Source of the DNA: the human T2T-CHM13v2.0 reference genome, Homo sapiens
Reading direction: 5' to 3' (one strand)
DNA length: 64,000 bases
Assembly: GCF_009914755.1 (NCBI RefSeq)
Contig: NC_060931.1
The notes beneath the pieces are model-generated. The model saw only the letters and a list, made by a program, of their open reading frames with translations. It searched no databases and was not told the DNA's origin. How positions within the stretch are numbered: the first letter of the stretch is position 1; each line of letters starts with the position of its first letter. Position numbers and translations under genes: made by a program. Below are positions 50,609-64,000 of this stretch, one piece after another.

Positions 50609-51115
50609 CATGTATTCTATGCTTATTCTACTTTTTCATACTTGACATATGTTGGAGATCCTTCCATATCTATACATGAAAAGCTGCCTCTTTCTTTTCT
50701 AGAGATGCATGGTATCTTGCAGGCAGCACATTAATTTATTTCACCTATTGATGGACATTTTAATTATTTTCCATATTTTGGGATTGTAAGCAATGTCCAA
50801 TAAATAACCATGCAATTGTGTCATTTCGAACGTGAATATTTTTATAGGATAACTTTCTGAAATTAGAATCATTAGATCAAAGGGTATATGCACTTTAAAT
50901 TTTGGTTACATATTGCCAAACTGTACTCCCTAGACAGTTCTGCCATTTCACAATTCCACTAGTACAATGTGTTCTCGTTAGCTGAGAGGTAGAAAAACAG
51001 TAACTCATTTAGTTTAATTTGCTTTTCTCTTATGAGTGAACTTGGTCATGTTTAAATAGGTTTAAGGAGCCATTTGCAGTTACTTTCTATAAATTGCCTG
51101 TTATTATTTGCTGAC

Positions 51116-52958
51116 TTTTTAAAATTATACTTTAATTTCTAGGGTACATGTGCACAACGTGCGGGTTTGTTACATATGTATACATGAGCCATGTTGGTGT
51201 GCTGCACCCATTAACTTGTCATTTACATTAGCTATATCTCCTAATGCTATCCCTCCCCCCTCCCCCCACCCCATGACAGGCCCTGGTGTGTGATGTTCAC
51301 TGCCCTGTGTCCAAGTGTTCTCATTGCTCAATTCCCACCAATGAGTGAGAACATGCAGTGTTTGGTTTTCTGTCCTTGCGATAGTTTGCTCAGAATGATG
51401 GTTTCCAGCTTCATCCATGTCCCTACAAAGGATGCGAACTCATCCTTTTTCATGGCTGCATAGTATTCCATGGTGTATATGTGCCACATTTTCTTAATCC
51501 AGTCTATCATTGATGGACATTTGGGTTGGTTCCAAGTCTTTGCTATTGTGAATAGTGCCGCAATAAATATACGTGTGCATATGTCTTTATAGCAGCATGA
51601 TTTATAATCCTTTGGGTATATACCCAGTAATGGGATGGCTGGGTCAAATGGTATTTCTAGTTCTAGATCCTTGAGGAATGGCCACACTGTCTTCCACAAT
51701 GGTTGAACTAGTTTACAGCCCCACCAACAGTGTAAAAGTGTTCCTATTTCTCCACATCCTCTCCAGCACCTGTTGTTTCCTGACTTTTTAATGATCGCCA
51801 TTCTAACTGGTGTGAGCTGGTATCTCATTGTGGTTTTGATTTGCATTTCTCTGATGGCCAGTGATGATGAGCATTTTTTCATGTGTCTGTTGGCTGCATA
51901 AATGTCTTCTTTTGAGAAGTGTCTGTTCCTATCCTTCGCCCACTTTTTGATGGGGTTGTTTGATTTTTTCTTGTAAATTTGTTTAAGTTCTTTGTAGATT
52001 CTGGATATTAGCCCTTTGTCAGATGGGTAGATGGTAAAAATTTTCTCCCATTCTGTAGGTTGCCTATTCACTCTGATGGTAGTTTCTTTTGCTGTGCAGA
52101 AGCTCTTTAGTTTAATTAGATCCCATTTGTCTATTTTGGCTTTTGTTGCCATTGCTTTTGGTGTTTTAGTCATGAAGTCCTTGCCCATACCTATGTCCTG
52201 AATGGTATTGCCTAGGTTTTCTTCTAGGATTTTTATGATTTTAGGTCTAACATTTAAGTCTTTAATCCATCTTGAATTAATTTTTGTATAAGGTATAGGG
52301 AAGGGATCCAGTTTCAGCTTTCTACATATGGCTAGTCAGTTTTCCCAGCACCATTTATTAAATTAAATTAAATTTCCTCATTTCTTGTTTTTGTCAGGTT
52401 TGTCAAAGATCAGATGGTTGTAGATGTGTGGTATTATTTCTGAGGGCTCTGTTCTGTTCCATTGGTCTATCTCTCTGTTTTGGTACCAGTACCATGCTGT
52501 TTTGGTTACTGTAGCCTTGTAGTATAGCTTGAAGTCAGGTAGCGTGATGCCTCCAGCTTTGTTCTTTTGGCTTAGGATTGACTTGGCAATGCGGGCTCTT
52601 TTTTGATTCCATATGAACTTTAAAGTAGTTTTTTCCAATTCTGTGAAGAGAGTCATTGGTAGCTTGATGGGGATGGCATTGAATCTATAAATTACCTTGG
52701 GCAGTATGGCCATTTTCACGATGTTCATTCTTCCTAACCATGAGCACGGAATGTTCTTCCATTTGTTTGTGTCCTCTTTTATTTTGTTGAGCAGTGGTTT
52801 GTAGTTCTCCTTGAAGAGGTCCTTCACATCTCTTGTAAGTTTGGTTCCTGGGTATTTTATTCTCTTTGTAGCAATTGTGAATGGGAGTTCACTCATGATT
52901 TGGCTCTGTTTGTCTGTTATTGGTGTATAGGAATGCTTGTGATTTTTGCACACTGATT
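51116..52958 (-). mobile_element. L1PA (about L1PA4-5), 5'-truncated
   Basis: ORFs 51328-52188 and 52378-52953 are the ORF2p C-terminus (HCWW..C); 3' UTR; probable TSD TTGCT(G/C)ACT. Confidence 0.96.
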
Positions 52959-53056
52959 TTGCTCACTGATACTTTCATTCACATCTGCTGTCCGAGGATT
53001 CCACTCAGACATATTTCTTCTCTTTGATGACTCAAGAGTTTGGGGTGGGGGGTGGG

Positions 53057-53462
<406 letters not shown>

Positions 53463-53863
53463 TCATATAGACTTTAAATCTAAGTGAGTTCTATAGGAGC
53501 CTGCTTTTTTTGAGGCCATTTAACCCTACCTGTTGGTGTTTAGGGTTTCATGGAGGTTTCTTTGTTCCCAGTTGTATTGAAGATGTCTGTCGTCTTTTTT
53601 CTTCTGCCTTCCTAGTTCCCCTCTCTCTTATATAAAGACATTTGGGGAAATTCAGAAACTCTTCTGCCATCATAATCTTGCTGTTTCCAGCGATCTCTTA
53701 TAAAATCTTAAGCAAAGTGGCTAAGGGAGTCCTTCCAATGTTCAGAGACCTGAGTTACATAATGAGTCACCACCTGGGCTGCATTGCTGACAATGAATTT
53801 ATCCTCACCCTGAAAGTTTGGTACCTTATTTAAGGACAAGGCTACTCTCCACAATTATCCTGT

Positions 53864-54352
53864 TGCTGGGGCTCAGAAACCAGTAACCCAAGATACGGTT
53901 CTTTGACATGCTGAACTGGAGAAGCCTCAAGATCTCTCTGACCTGCCCCCCTACCCACTACGGCCCCTGCCGTCTCTCCCAAAGCCTTTATCTGTCTGAC
54001 ATCCAGACCCACCACTTTTTCCTCTTCTCCGCATAAAACCAATAGGGTAACCCCACCTGAACAGACACTTTCACAAGATACTGTACAAGTTAATCTCTGC
54101 TCCCTGATCCATTCATTCTCCCTGGTAATTTTATCAACAGAATTCCTCTTCTCTGCCCTCCTGTAATTTGTTTTGCCAGGATGGTGTATAAGCTTCTGCA
54201 CCCCATTGGGAGATGGGTAATCACTCTGTGATTCTTCCCATGTATGTGCATTAAATAAATTCGTGTGCCTTTTCTCCTATGCATATGCATATTGCCAGTG
54301 ATTTTTTTTCAGCAAACCTTCGGAGGACCAAGGGGAACTTATGCCTTGACAC
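53864..54352 (+). mobile_element. MER39-like ERV1 solo LTR
   Basis: TGCTGGGGCTCAGAAACC...TTTGACATGCTGAACTG...AATAAATTCGTGTGCCTTTTCTCC; related to 27140-27748. Confidence 0.75.
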
Positions 54353-54407
54353 CCCTCCTCTGTCAAGCTATAATTTTCAAAGCATTGAAAATATGACTGG
54401 TCAAAGA

Positions 54408-54522
54408 AGCCAGGCCCAGTGGCTCACGCGTTCAATCCAAGTATTTTGGGAAACCAAGGCAGGAGGATCTCTTCAGCCCAGGAATTTGAGACCTGGGCAA
54501 CATGATAAAACCTCATCTCTAC

Positions 54523-54553
<31 letters not shown>

Positions 54554-54712
54554 AATTAGCCAGATATAGTGGTGCAGACCTATACTACTCTCAGCTACTC
54601 AGAAGGTCGAGGGGGGATGATCACTTGAGTCCAGAAGGTCAAGGCTGCAGTGAGCCATGATTGTGCCACTGCACACCAGCCTGGGCAACAGAGCAAGATC
54701 CTGTCTCCAAAA
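54408..54712 (+). mobile_element. AluJ
   Basis: Dimer with an expanded middle A-tract. Confidence 0.88.
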
Positions 54713-55021
54713 GTATATATATAATATGAAAAGATGCCAAAAGTCTGTTTAACTTATCAATAAGAAGAGAAAAGAAGAGAGGGTAAAGCTAGTTCCAAGA
54801 GGATTCTAGTAAAAAGGGTTTAAGTAATCCATCAGGAATGGCCTTTCAAAAATTTAGAAAAAAAATTGCTGGGTTGGATATAAAACTGATTATTGCCCCA
54901 TAGGGTAATACAATATCATTTTGGGGTTATCTTTGCTACTAGACAAAATCTACAAGTCAACATGTAAATTCAAAAAGAAGATTTTTATCAACTAGTAAAG
55001 GGTACTAAAGAATTAAAGAAT

Positions 55022-56540
<1,519 letters not shown>

Positions 56541-56562
56541 AGAAACTAAGGCACTATGCAAC

Positions 56563-56604
<42 letters not shown>
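56563..56604. repeat. (CA)n microsatellite
   Basis: Direct reading. Confidence 0.95.
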
Positions 56605-56607
<3 letters not shown>

Positions 56608-56794
56608 AAAACATACCCCTCACCTGGTATAAATGAGTTGCTGCTGCGTCTCCACTGACAGTTTTAAGCCTTTTCATTCCTCTTGTTTCATCGATAAAAA
56701 TTATGATACTAAATCATTGGATTGTCCCCACTTTCTGCCAGTGCTCAATCCTGATCAAACCTCTGATTCTTGAACTCTCTCAGAAATAACCTTA

Positions 56795-57090
56795 GGCCAG
56801 GCCTGGTGGCTCATGTCTGTAATCCCAGCACTTTGGGAAGCCGAGGCAGGAAGATCGCTTGAGCCCAGGAGTTTGAGACTAGCCCGGACAACATAGTGTG
56901 ATCTCATCTCTATAAAAAAGACCTCAAATATTAGCCAGGTGTGGTGGCATGCGCCTGTAGTACCGGCTACTCAGGAGGCTGAGGTGGGAGGATCACCCGA
57001 ACCCAGAGAAGTCAAGGCTGCAGTGAGCACTCCAGCCTGGGTGACAGAGTGAGACCCTGTCTCAAATTTTTAAAAAATATAAAATAAAAA
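56795..57090 (+). mobile_element. AluJ
   Basis: TSD AAATAACCTTA. Confidence 0.9.
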
Positions 57091-60000
57091 TAACCTTAAT
57101 GTAAAGGCTAAATTCTACAAGGAGCATCTTTTCACTCCCTGTTGCCAAGACACTCCCTGTTTCCCCAGAGTACGGTCTCCCTTGCTGCACCAAGCTCAAT
57201 AAACGTAACCTTAACTACAAGATGTATTTATGGTAGTCTTTGATAGTGTGTGAGTGTTAATAGATGTGGAGGACCTTATCAAGATAAACCTGAGACTCTC
57301 TCTGCTATAAACAGATCTTTAACCCAGTAAGAATGTACATGCATTATCTGAGATCCTTTTTGTCTTTATCTGCTAGTACCCCCCACCACCTGCCTGACAT
57401 TGCAATGTGTATGTTGAGTTGAATCTGAATCTGACCTCAGATTATTTGATTGAAGCCATTCAATGTAAGATTTATCTTGTGTTCCTAGAAATAACATCTC
57501 CAGAACTTTTTGGGTTGTCTGGTCATAAGTTTATTGTTGTTTGAGATAAAGATGTCCAGTCTTCTAAAACTTGCTTCTGTTTTTCTGGGTGATTATCCAG
57601 TATCTTGAATCTCATTTTTCTGTAACAGGAAAAGTCTATGGAGAGAGGATGAGCATAGGCCCAGTGAGTCCATCCTCCAGGTGGCCCAGGGCTGAAGAGT
57701 TCCAAGGGTCTCATTAGACTAGTGCCCTTTATATAAACTTTGCCTCAGATCTCTTTTCCAAAACTCTTCAAGGATTGTTTCCTCAATCTTGTCTTTGTAT
57801 CTCTGAAAATGTCTTTATTTTGTTTTATTTCCCCAGAGGCTTCACTGGTGATGACTTGTCTTTGGCCAGGTTTGGGAGACATGTAGTTTCACCAGCCCCA
57901 CTCTAATCAGTCTCGGAAGTCTCCTGACTCTAAAATTCTGCCTCCTTTAGGCCAAATACCTACCTTTCTTCATGCTGTCTTGTTTCAGAGTCAATTCATG
58001 CAACTATCATTCCTTCTTTTTCTTTTCTTTCTTTTTTTTAGGTCAAGGGTAAAATGGATCTTTATCGATTTTAAGTGACAAATAAAAATGGTATTATTTA
58101 TAGTATACAGCATGATGTTCATGGACCTATCCTTCCAACTGGCACAGTTTACAAAGACAACCCGGGATTATAGTGGCCACTTTTAGAAATCTTTGGTATA
58201 AATAAGATTGTTCATTTGAGATGCCCTTTAGGAAAGCAAAACACAATTTTAACTGTCCAATGGTCTACTTTTTCTTTTTTCTTTTTTGCTCCCAGCCCCA
58301 CCTGGTCTGCTTTCTTTAATTAAGATGAGGAGGCTTCCAAGTGCAATTTGCCCTTTAAAACTACCTCTCTAAAATACCCTTTAAGTCCACTGATAAGTTT
58401 GAGAACTTAAAGCAGGTTCACGTGTGTCTCCGTCTGACTCCTATTCCCCTCCTTCTTGTTTGTATCTTTCCTTTTCCTCTCCAGATTTTGACTGGTGTGT
58501 GCATTTTAAACCTTGATCATATTCATATCCCTATGCCATATATTAATATTAATAGAAGACTTCTCAAACCCCAGAATGGACAGGAAAAGGTATATTGAAG
58601 AATTCAGATCTGTCATGACCACTAGCAATTATATTTTGATAAGATCAGAAGATACAAAAACTTGGTGAAAAAAATAATTAGCTTAATCATGAGAAGGATT
58701 TACAAATTAATGAATTTTTAAGGGAAATTTAATAATTTTTTTCAACAAAGAGACCTGTCAATATTTTAAACAAAGACATTACGGGAAAATTAACAGTCCT
58801 ATCCTAATTAAAAGGAAAAGCAAAAACATTAAACTTGTAAAATGTGTTGTCTTTTACAATTTCATCTTGCTAAAAGCTTGGAGTTTAAAGGAAATAATGA
58901 GAGATTTAATTGTGAGTTAAGCTAATGTCATTGGTTAGGGTTACAAGATTTAAAAAGTTGACTATACAGAGCTTTTGGCATAATTTAGAGTCAAATTTAG
59001 TTATTAATGCAGATGTTTATAAATTATATTTTAAAGGTTTATGTAATATTCTTGGTTAAAAAGGTAAATCTCAGATTGAGTCAATATTAACTCCAACAAA
59101 CTAGAGTTAATATTGGTTTAGAGACAAATAATATTGATTGAGAGATAACACTGTCTTTCCCCAGGTTTTGTCATATGAGAATTTTGTTAGCACAATATTT
59201 TCATTTGTGCAAGACTGAAGTTTCTCAAGATTAAAATTTCCAAAATTCCTTTCGTTGGTCAAGTAAATATGACAAAAATACAAAATCGTATTCAATTAAT
59301 TGAAATGGTCATAGCAGATGTCTTTTTAAAGGGTTTAATATTGTGACATTTTTATACTGCTACAAATTATAAAGGCTTAATGTGCTGGCTAAAATTGTAA
59401 TTTCCAGATCCTTAATTAGCTTGGTACCTTAGATAAAAGTTAAATTTAGCTCATTAATAAGTTATCACTGAATGCCCAAAAAGTATATTAGTAAGAAAAA
59501 GATACAGAAATTTAGTCACTAAACATAGTTTTAATTTGCCATTACTTCTTAAAATGGCTAAATTAAAAGTTTGTGTAAATGCTTTTAGAATAATGTCATA
59601 TATTTATTTTTGCCACTTTATATTTGAGTTAATAATCTAACATGCGTATTCACTGAAAAAAAAGGCAATTCTTGGCTTCATGTTCTTTAATTTTCTTTTC
59701 TATCTAAAGGCAATAGAATTATTTTTGTTAAATATGGCAATTAATGTAAATGGTATAATAGATACAAAAATATGTAAAATATATAAATATATAGGTGGTA
59801 CAAAAAATGATTTCTCTATTCAGGAAATTGTTGCAGAAAATTAAAATGGTAAATTCAATATAATAAGCATTATTTTGTTTAATATATTTATAAAATTATA
59901 TATTAAGACTAAAGTTAAAATCTTTATGTTTATCATCTGTTTGTGTATTTATCTCTCTATGTCTAAATTCTTGCACATAGAGCAGTATTAGTAAATTATT

Positions 60001-61699
60001 TACTACAATTTGTTACGTGAATAGTGAACCAAAAGGAGAAAATTATAATTTGTGTTTTTCTGTAAAATGACTCAGTCATTTTTTCTCACAGATGTACCTT
60101 TTTTAGCACTATAATATTCTATTAGCCCTCATTCCTTTGGACATGCTTTTAAATTATTTTAACAAAACAAAACAAAAAAACCCTCACAGCTTAAAAGAAT
60201 TAAAAGTTTCTACTAATTATTGTTTCTTGTTATGGTGTGTTTTCAAATATTGCCTGGAGAGAACAAACATTTGGGTAACTATTACCTGCCTCTAGAGACT
60301 GTCTCATGTTTTTATACCTCCTCTTCTCTGAAAACTCTTCATTTTGCATTCCCCAAATTTAAGCCCCAAATTCAGAAAAATAAGAGGATATGGACAATGC
60401 AGTTAATTTACAGCTGGACTTTCCACCTGTAAACTCTTTGTCTCTAGGTCTCCTGGATGACATTTTGACACTCAGACAAGATAAGGGCAGTTTTATGATA
60501 TGCTGGTTAAAGGGTAAAGCTCCCCCTGGTGATCCCGCACCCCCAAGGTCAGTTTCTTTACTGATGATGTGCAACAGGTCAAACCAGCTGAGTTAGCTAG
60601 GCTTGATTATGTGGCTCAAGAGAGAAAAATTCCTGCTGGGAAGCTTGGTTTTGAGTTCTAGCCTAAGCTAATGTATTCCTCACACAGATCTTGGCGGTTC
60701 AATCTGGAAACTTGGTGTGCTGCGTGTGAATACAGATGCTGGGAAGCTTAGCCTGGGATGCCATCTCTCTGACCCCTAATGCTTGGCTGAACTCTTCTGC
60801 TGCACTCGGTCTTTCCTCTGTAAATCACAGCATTGCATCACTATACGCTGGAGTCTGGTGAGTACTCACAGATGTCTCAGCTTGGAAAATCTTTTCAGTG
60901 AAGATGTCTTTTTATGACTAAGCTATCATTAAATTTCTCGAAGGGTTCCCTAGGTACCACAAAGATTTATTTTAAAAATAAGTAAAAATAATCAGATTTG
61001 TCATTCTCCAAATTTTCACCAATTTGAAACTATTGTGCAAAATTTAAGATGAAAGACGGGTAGCTTGATAAATCACAGCAAAAGTTCACCTTTCCAGATT
61101 AATTATGTATAAGTAAAATACATTAATACAAATATGTACCCATCAGTTTTGTACTTTTCAGGTTAAAAGAAATATACCTATGTTTAAATAGGTATATAAT
61201 AGTTATATAATAATAGTTATTAATCATAGTTATATAATAATAACAACTGCCAAAATAACTATTAAAAGACTTTTTTCCCAGTATTTTAGATGTAAATATT
61301 CTTGTCAATTGTAAACAATTACAATGCACTTTATGGGATAAATTAAATGCCTTGGAGATAGACTATGGCATCATTGTTTGTCTCTCCTTCATATATAACT
61401 ATCCACAGCTTTAGTACCTTGGACCCAACAACTCTCCTTCCCTACTCAAGCAAGAAAAATGCCTTGATTATTTAACCTGTATTAGGAAATTGTCAGTGCC
61501 CTATACAGACCTTTGTATATTCCCTTTGTATGGCAGGGGTTAACCTCTATTGACCTTCTTATTTGGAGATAAGGACAAATGCTTATCTCCAGAACTGCCT
61601 AGAGAATGACATCGACTCTTGTCAATACTAGGGAATGTATTAACTAAATATGTATTAATTAAAGGTAAATGATATTACATAACCATGGATCTGTGAGTT

Positions 61700-62090
61700 G
61701 TTTTCAGGGTAGCATGTACCAGCCTGTCAGCAATATTTAGTATTAATAATTGCATTTATAATTTCCACTGGTTTCGGTGGAGCTTGAGGGACTAAGTCTG
61801 GTCACATATTGGAATATGTCTATGCAACTAGCTCACTGTAAGACACACCCTCCTTGAGCAGGCTCTGGGCTTTCTGGTACCAAGGTGCTCACACAGGTCA
61901 CTGGTGTTTTAATACCTGAAGACAAAGCATAATCAGAACAACCATGTGGTGTGAAAGTAAGGAAGTCTTCACCTGAGATCTCTAGACACTCCCAATGCAT
62001 TTTCTTCTCCTGCTATTGCTTTATTTGTTGCCTGTAATAAAGTATAAACTGGGTCCTATGGATCCCTTCAGGAATCAAACACTTGATAAA
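61700..62090 (+). mobile_element. Possible ERVL-type LTR (MER21/68/76/77 group)
   Basis: Degenerate 3' motifs ...CCTGTAATAAAG...GGGTCCTATGGATCC; weak. Confidence 0.35.
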
Positions 62091-64000
62091 AATAATTAAT
62101 GTACCTTTTGATAACCCTAATTGAATGATGTTCATTGGTAGTTCATACTTAAACATAAAAGCTGGAGATTGTCAGGCAAGCTATGCTATTACTGATTCGA
62201 ATTCACTCTTGGCATATAAGCCTTTCTCAAAAGTCAGTTGACTTCAGATAACTGAGTTAACTAACCTCAAGTGGATCTGCCAGTTAGCATAAAATGAAAG
62301 AGCAATTATTGGTCCAATCAATATTTCCCAGCAAGCTTTGGTCATTCTTTACTTATTTTTAGGATGGATTGAGACTTTTTCTTGCCAGACCATCATTAAA
62401 GACTTTGAATGCTTTTCCTTTTACTCAAAAACTGTATTGTTCTTATACCCAATCTTCAGGAAAATGTAGAGAAAATAAAGGATTACTAAAACTAAAAATT
62501 GTCAAAGTTCTAAGAGTCACTGGAACTTACATGTAAGTTCCTACAGTATTCCATTTACCTTCATGACATAGGCTCTCCCCTTAAGAGTTAATAACAGACC
62601 ATGCCATGCATTTCAGAATTTTGCTCTGATCCTAGTCTTTGCCCCACTGCAAGTTGACATAACTAAATACTACATCTTATCATTAAACGGATACAAGCTG
62701 CCTTTTCAAAGTAACCATTTACACAATCTTTGAGCCTGAAACCTGGAGATTTTGTCTTCTGGAAGAGAAAGCAAAGGAAGATTTGCCTTGAGCTTTGACT
62801 AACAGGACTGTATCAGGTACTGTTACTAATTAACACTGTGGTGAGACTCTAAGATAGTAATCCCTGCATTCATATTTTCAGTTCAAAAGACATACATCCT
62901 TTTTCCTAGATCAGGGGACTTCCATTTCACTGGTAGACCTCAAGCTGAGAATTCTTTGAACTCTACCAGAAGCAGACAATCCTCTAAAGTAACAATTGAT
63001 TCAAAACCCTCCATTGAAGCTAATGATTATGTAAACTAGATAGCTTTTACTAAAATCTCTGGAACAAGATTAATTTTAAGATAATTTAATACACTTTTCC
63101 TTTTGATTTTTTTTACTATGGATCTTGCCTAATAGCATATGTTGAAGCTCTCCAGTGACTGGGTCAAGAGTTCTCAGTCTGTTCTCCTATACATTTTTTT
63201 TTAAACTTCTAAGCCTCTGTGGTCTTTTCTTGTGGCATTTCAAGAGAAAGAAAACATTCTTATACATTTTTCTCAGACCTTAGTTACTGCTGTAAATCTG
63301 ATTGGTGGATCAATATCCATTTGACCCCGCTGGGGGAAACATATGTCATAGATGTTTCTTTAAATATTGTCAAGATAGATGTTCTTATACAAATTTCTTC
63401 TAGTACTGAAATGTCTCTCACATTATGAGTCCCAACCTTCAACCTTGTAAAAATTGGACTTTACCTCCACATTACAAAATACATCTTATTAGATCATTAA
63501 CTAAACCCAGGAACTCCGCTCCGCTCTCTGCAATGGTCAGTTGCTCTCTTCAGAGTCACTGTATCCTGCAGGAATTATTTAACTTCACTCAGAAAATATG
63601 TCCAGCATTAGGGTCCAATGATTAGTTCTCTGTTTTGAAGATACATAATGTTTATACTGTCCTTTGAGTCCATGCCCTACCAAAATACTATTCCTTATGT
63701 GTACACTACCACTGGAAACGCATCAAACAGTTTAAATTCATTACGCAGGGTCTGAATGGATAACAACATATTTCATCTTGATTTCCTCTTCACTAACCAA
63801 GAGGGAGTTTATGCCAGAACAAACATACATATCTACATATGTATTTGCATACCTTGGTGCAAATACATATGTACAAGAATAGACTCTGCTGGATTTTTTA
63901 GCGCATTTTTGAGATCTGGGTTTGGTTATCTAGTCCAGTGGATGAACAGTCTTCTACAAAAGTCATAATAATTTCTTTTTCTGGCAAGTGCCTGTATCAC

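Larger units (their letters stand above)
56605..64000 (+). mobile_element. Old ERV1 provirus D (MER31/MER67-like LTR end ~57261; degenerate gag, pol, env), running off the window end
   Basis: LTR 3' motif CTCCCTTGCTGC..AATAAAC..ACTACAAGATG..GGTAGTCTTTG; MA-like remnant ~58165-58340; RNase H-like PFDNPN*MMFIGSSYL..QASYAIT (62104); IN GWIETF, QSSG, LKPGDFVFWKRK..GLYQVLL (62360-62880); ISD-like MDNNIFHLDFLFTNQEGVYA (63756). Confidence 0.7.

Overview
Primate (very probably human or other catarrhine: AluY, LTR12, THE1A, L1PA) non-coding DNA that is almost entirely transposon-derived. I see no intact protein-coding gene. 1-5.9 kb: MLT1, Alus, MER82. 5.9-39 kb: three nested or adjacent degenerate ERV1 (MER4-group) proviruses. 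B is on the - strand (tRNA-Ser PBS), A is on the + strand with both LTRs (tRNA-Ile PBS), and C is MER4A-type on the + strand. They carry many Alu, MST/THE1, MER1A and L1PA insertions. 39-53 kb: old L1M with MER66 and LTR12 solo LTRs, two short local duplications and an inverted L1PA. 53-64 kb: MER39-like LTR, Alus and an old ERV1 with gag, RNase H, integrase and env remnants. Three retrocopies are present: PPP2R5C (inside provirus A, no poly-A or TSD), DERL2 (semi-processed, apparently recording bypass of a U12 intron) and TPT1 (long 3' UTR). The most interesting signals are the DERL2 splice fossil, the apparent capture of host sequence inside provirus A, patchy shared variants between two inverted L1PA copies, and templated local duplications. 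All family, subfamily and gene assignments are from recalled sequences, not database searches.
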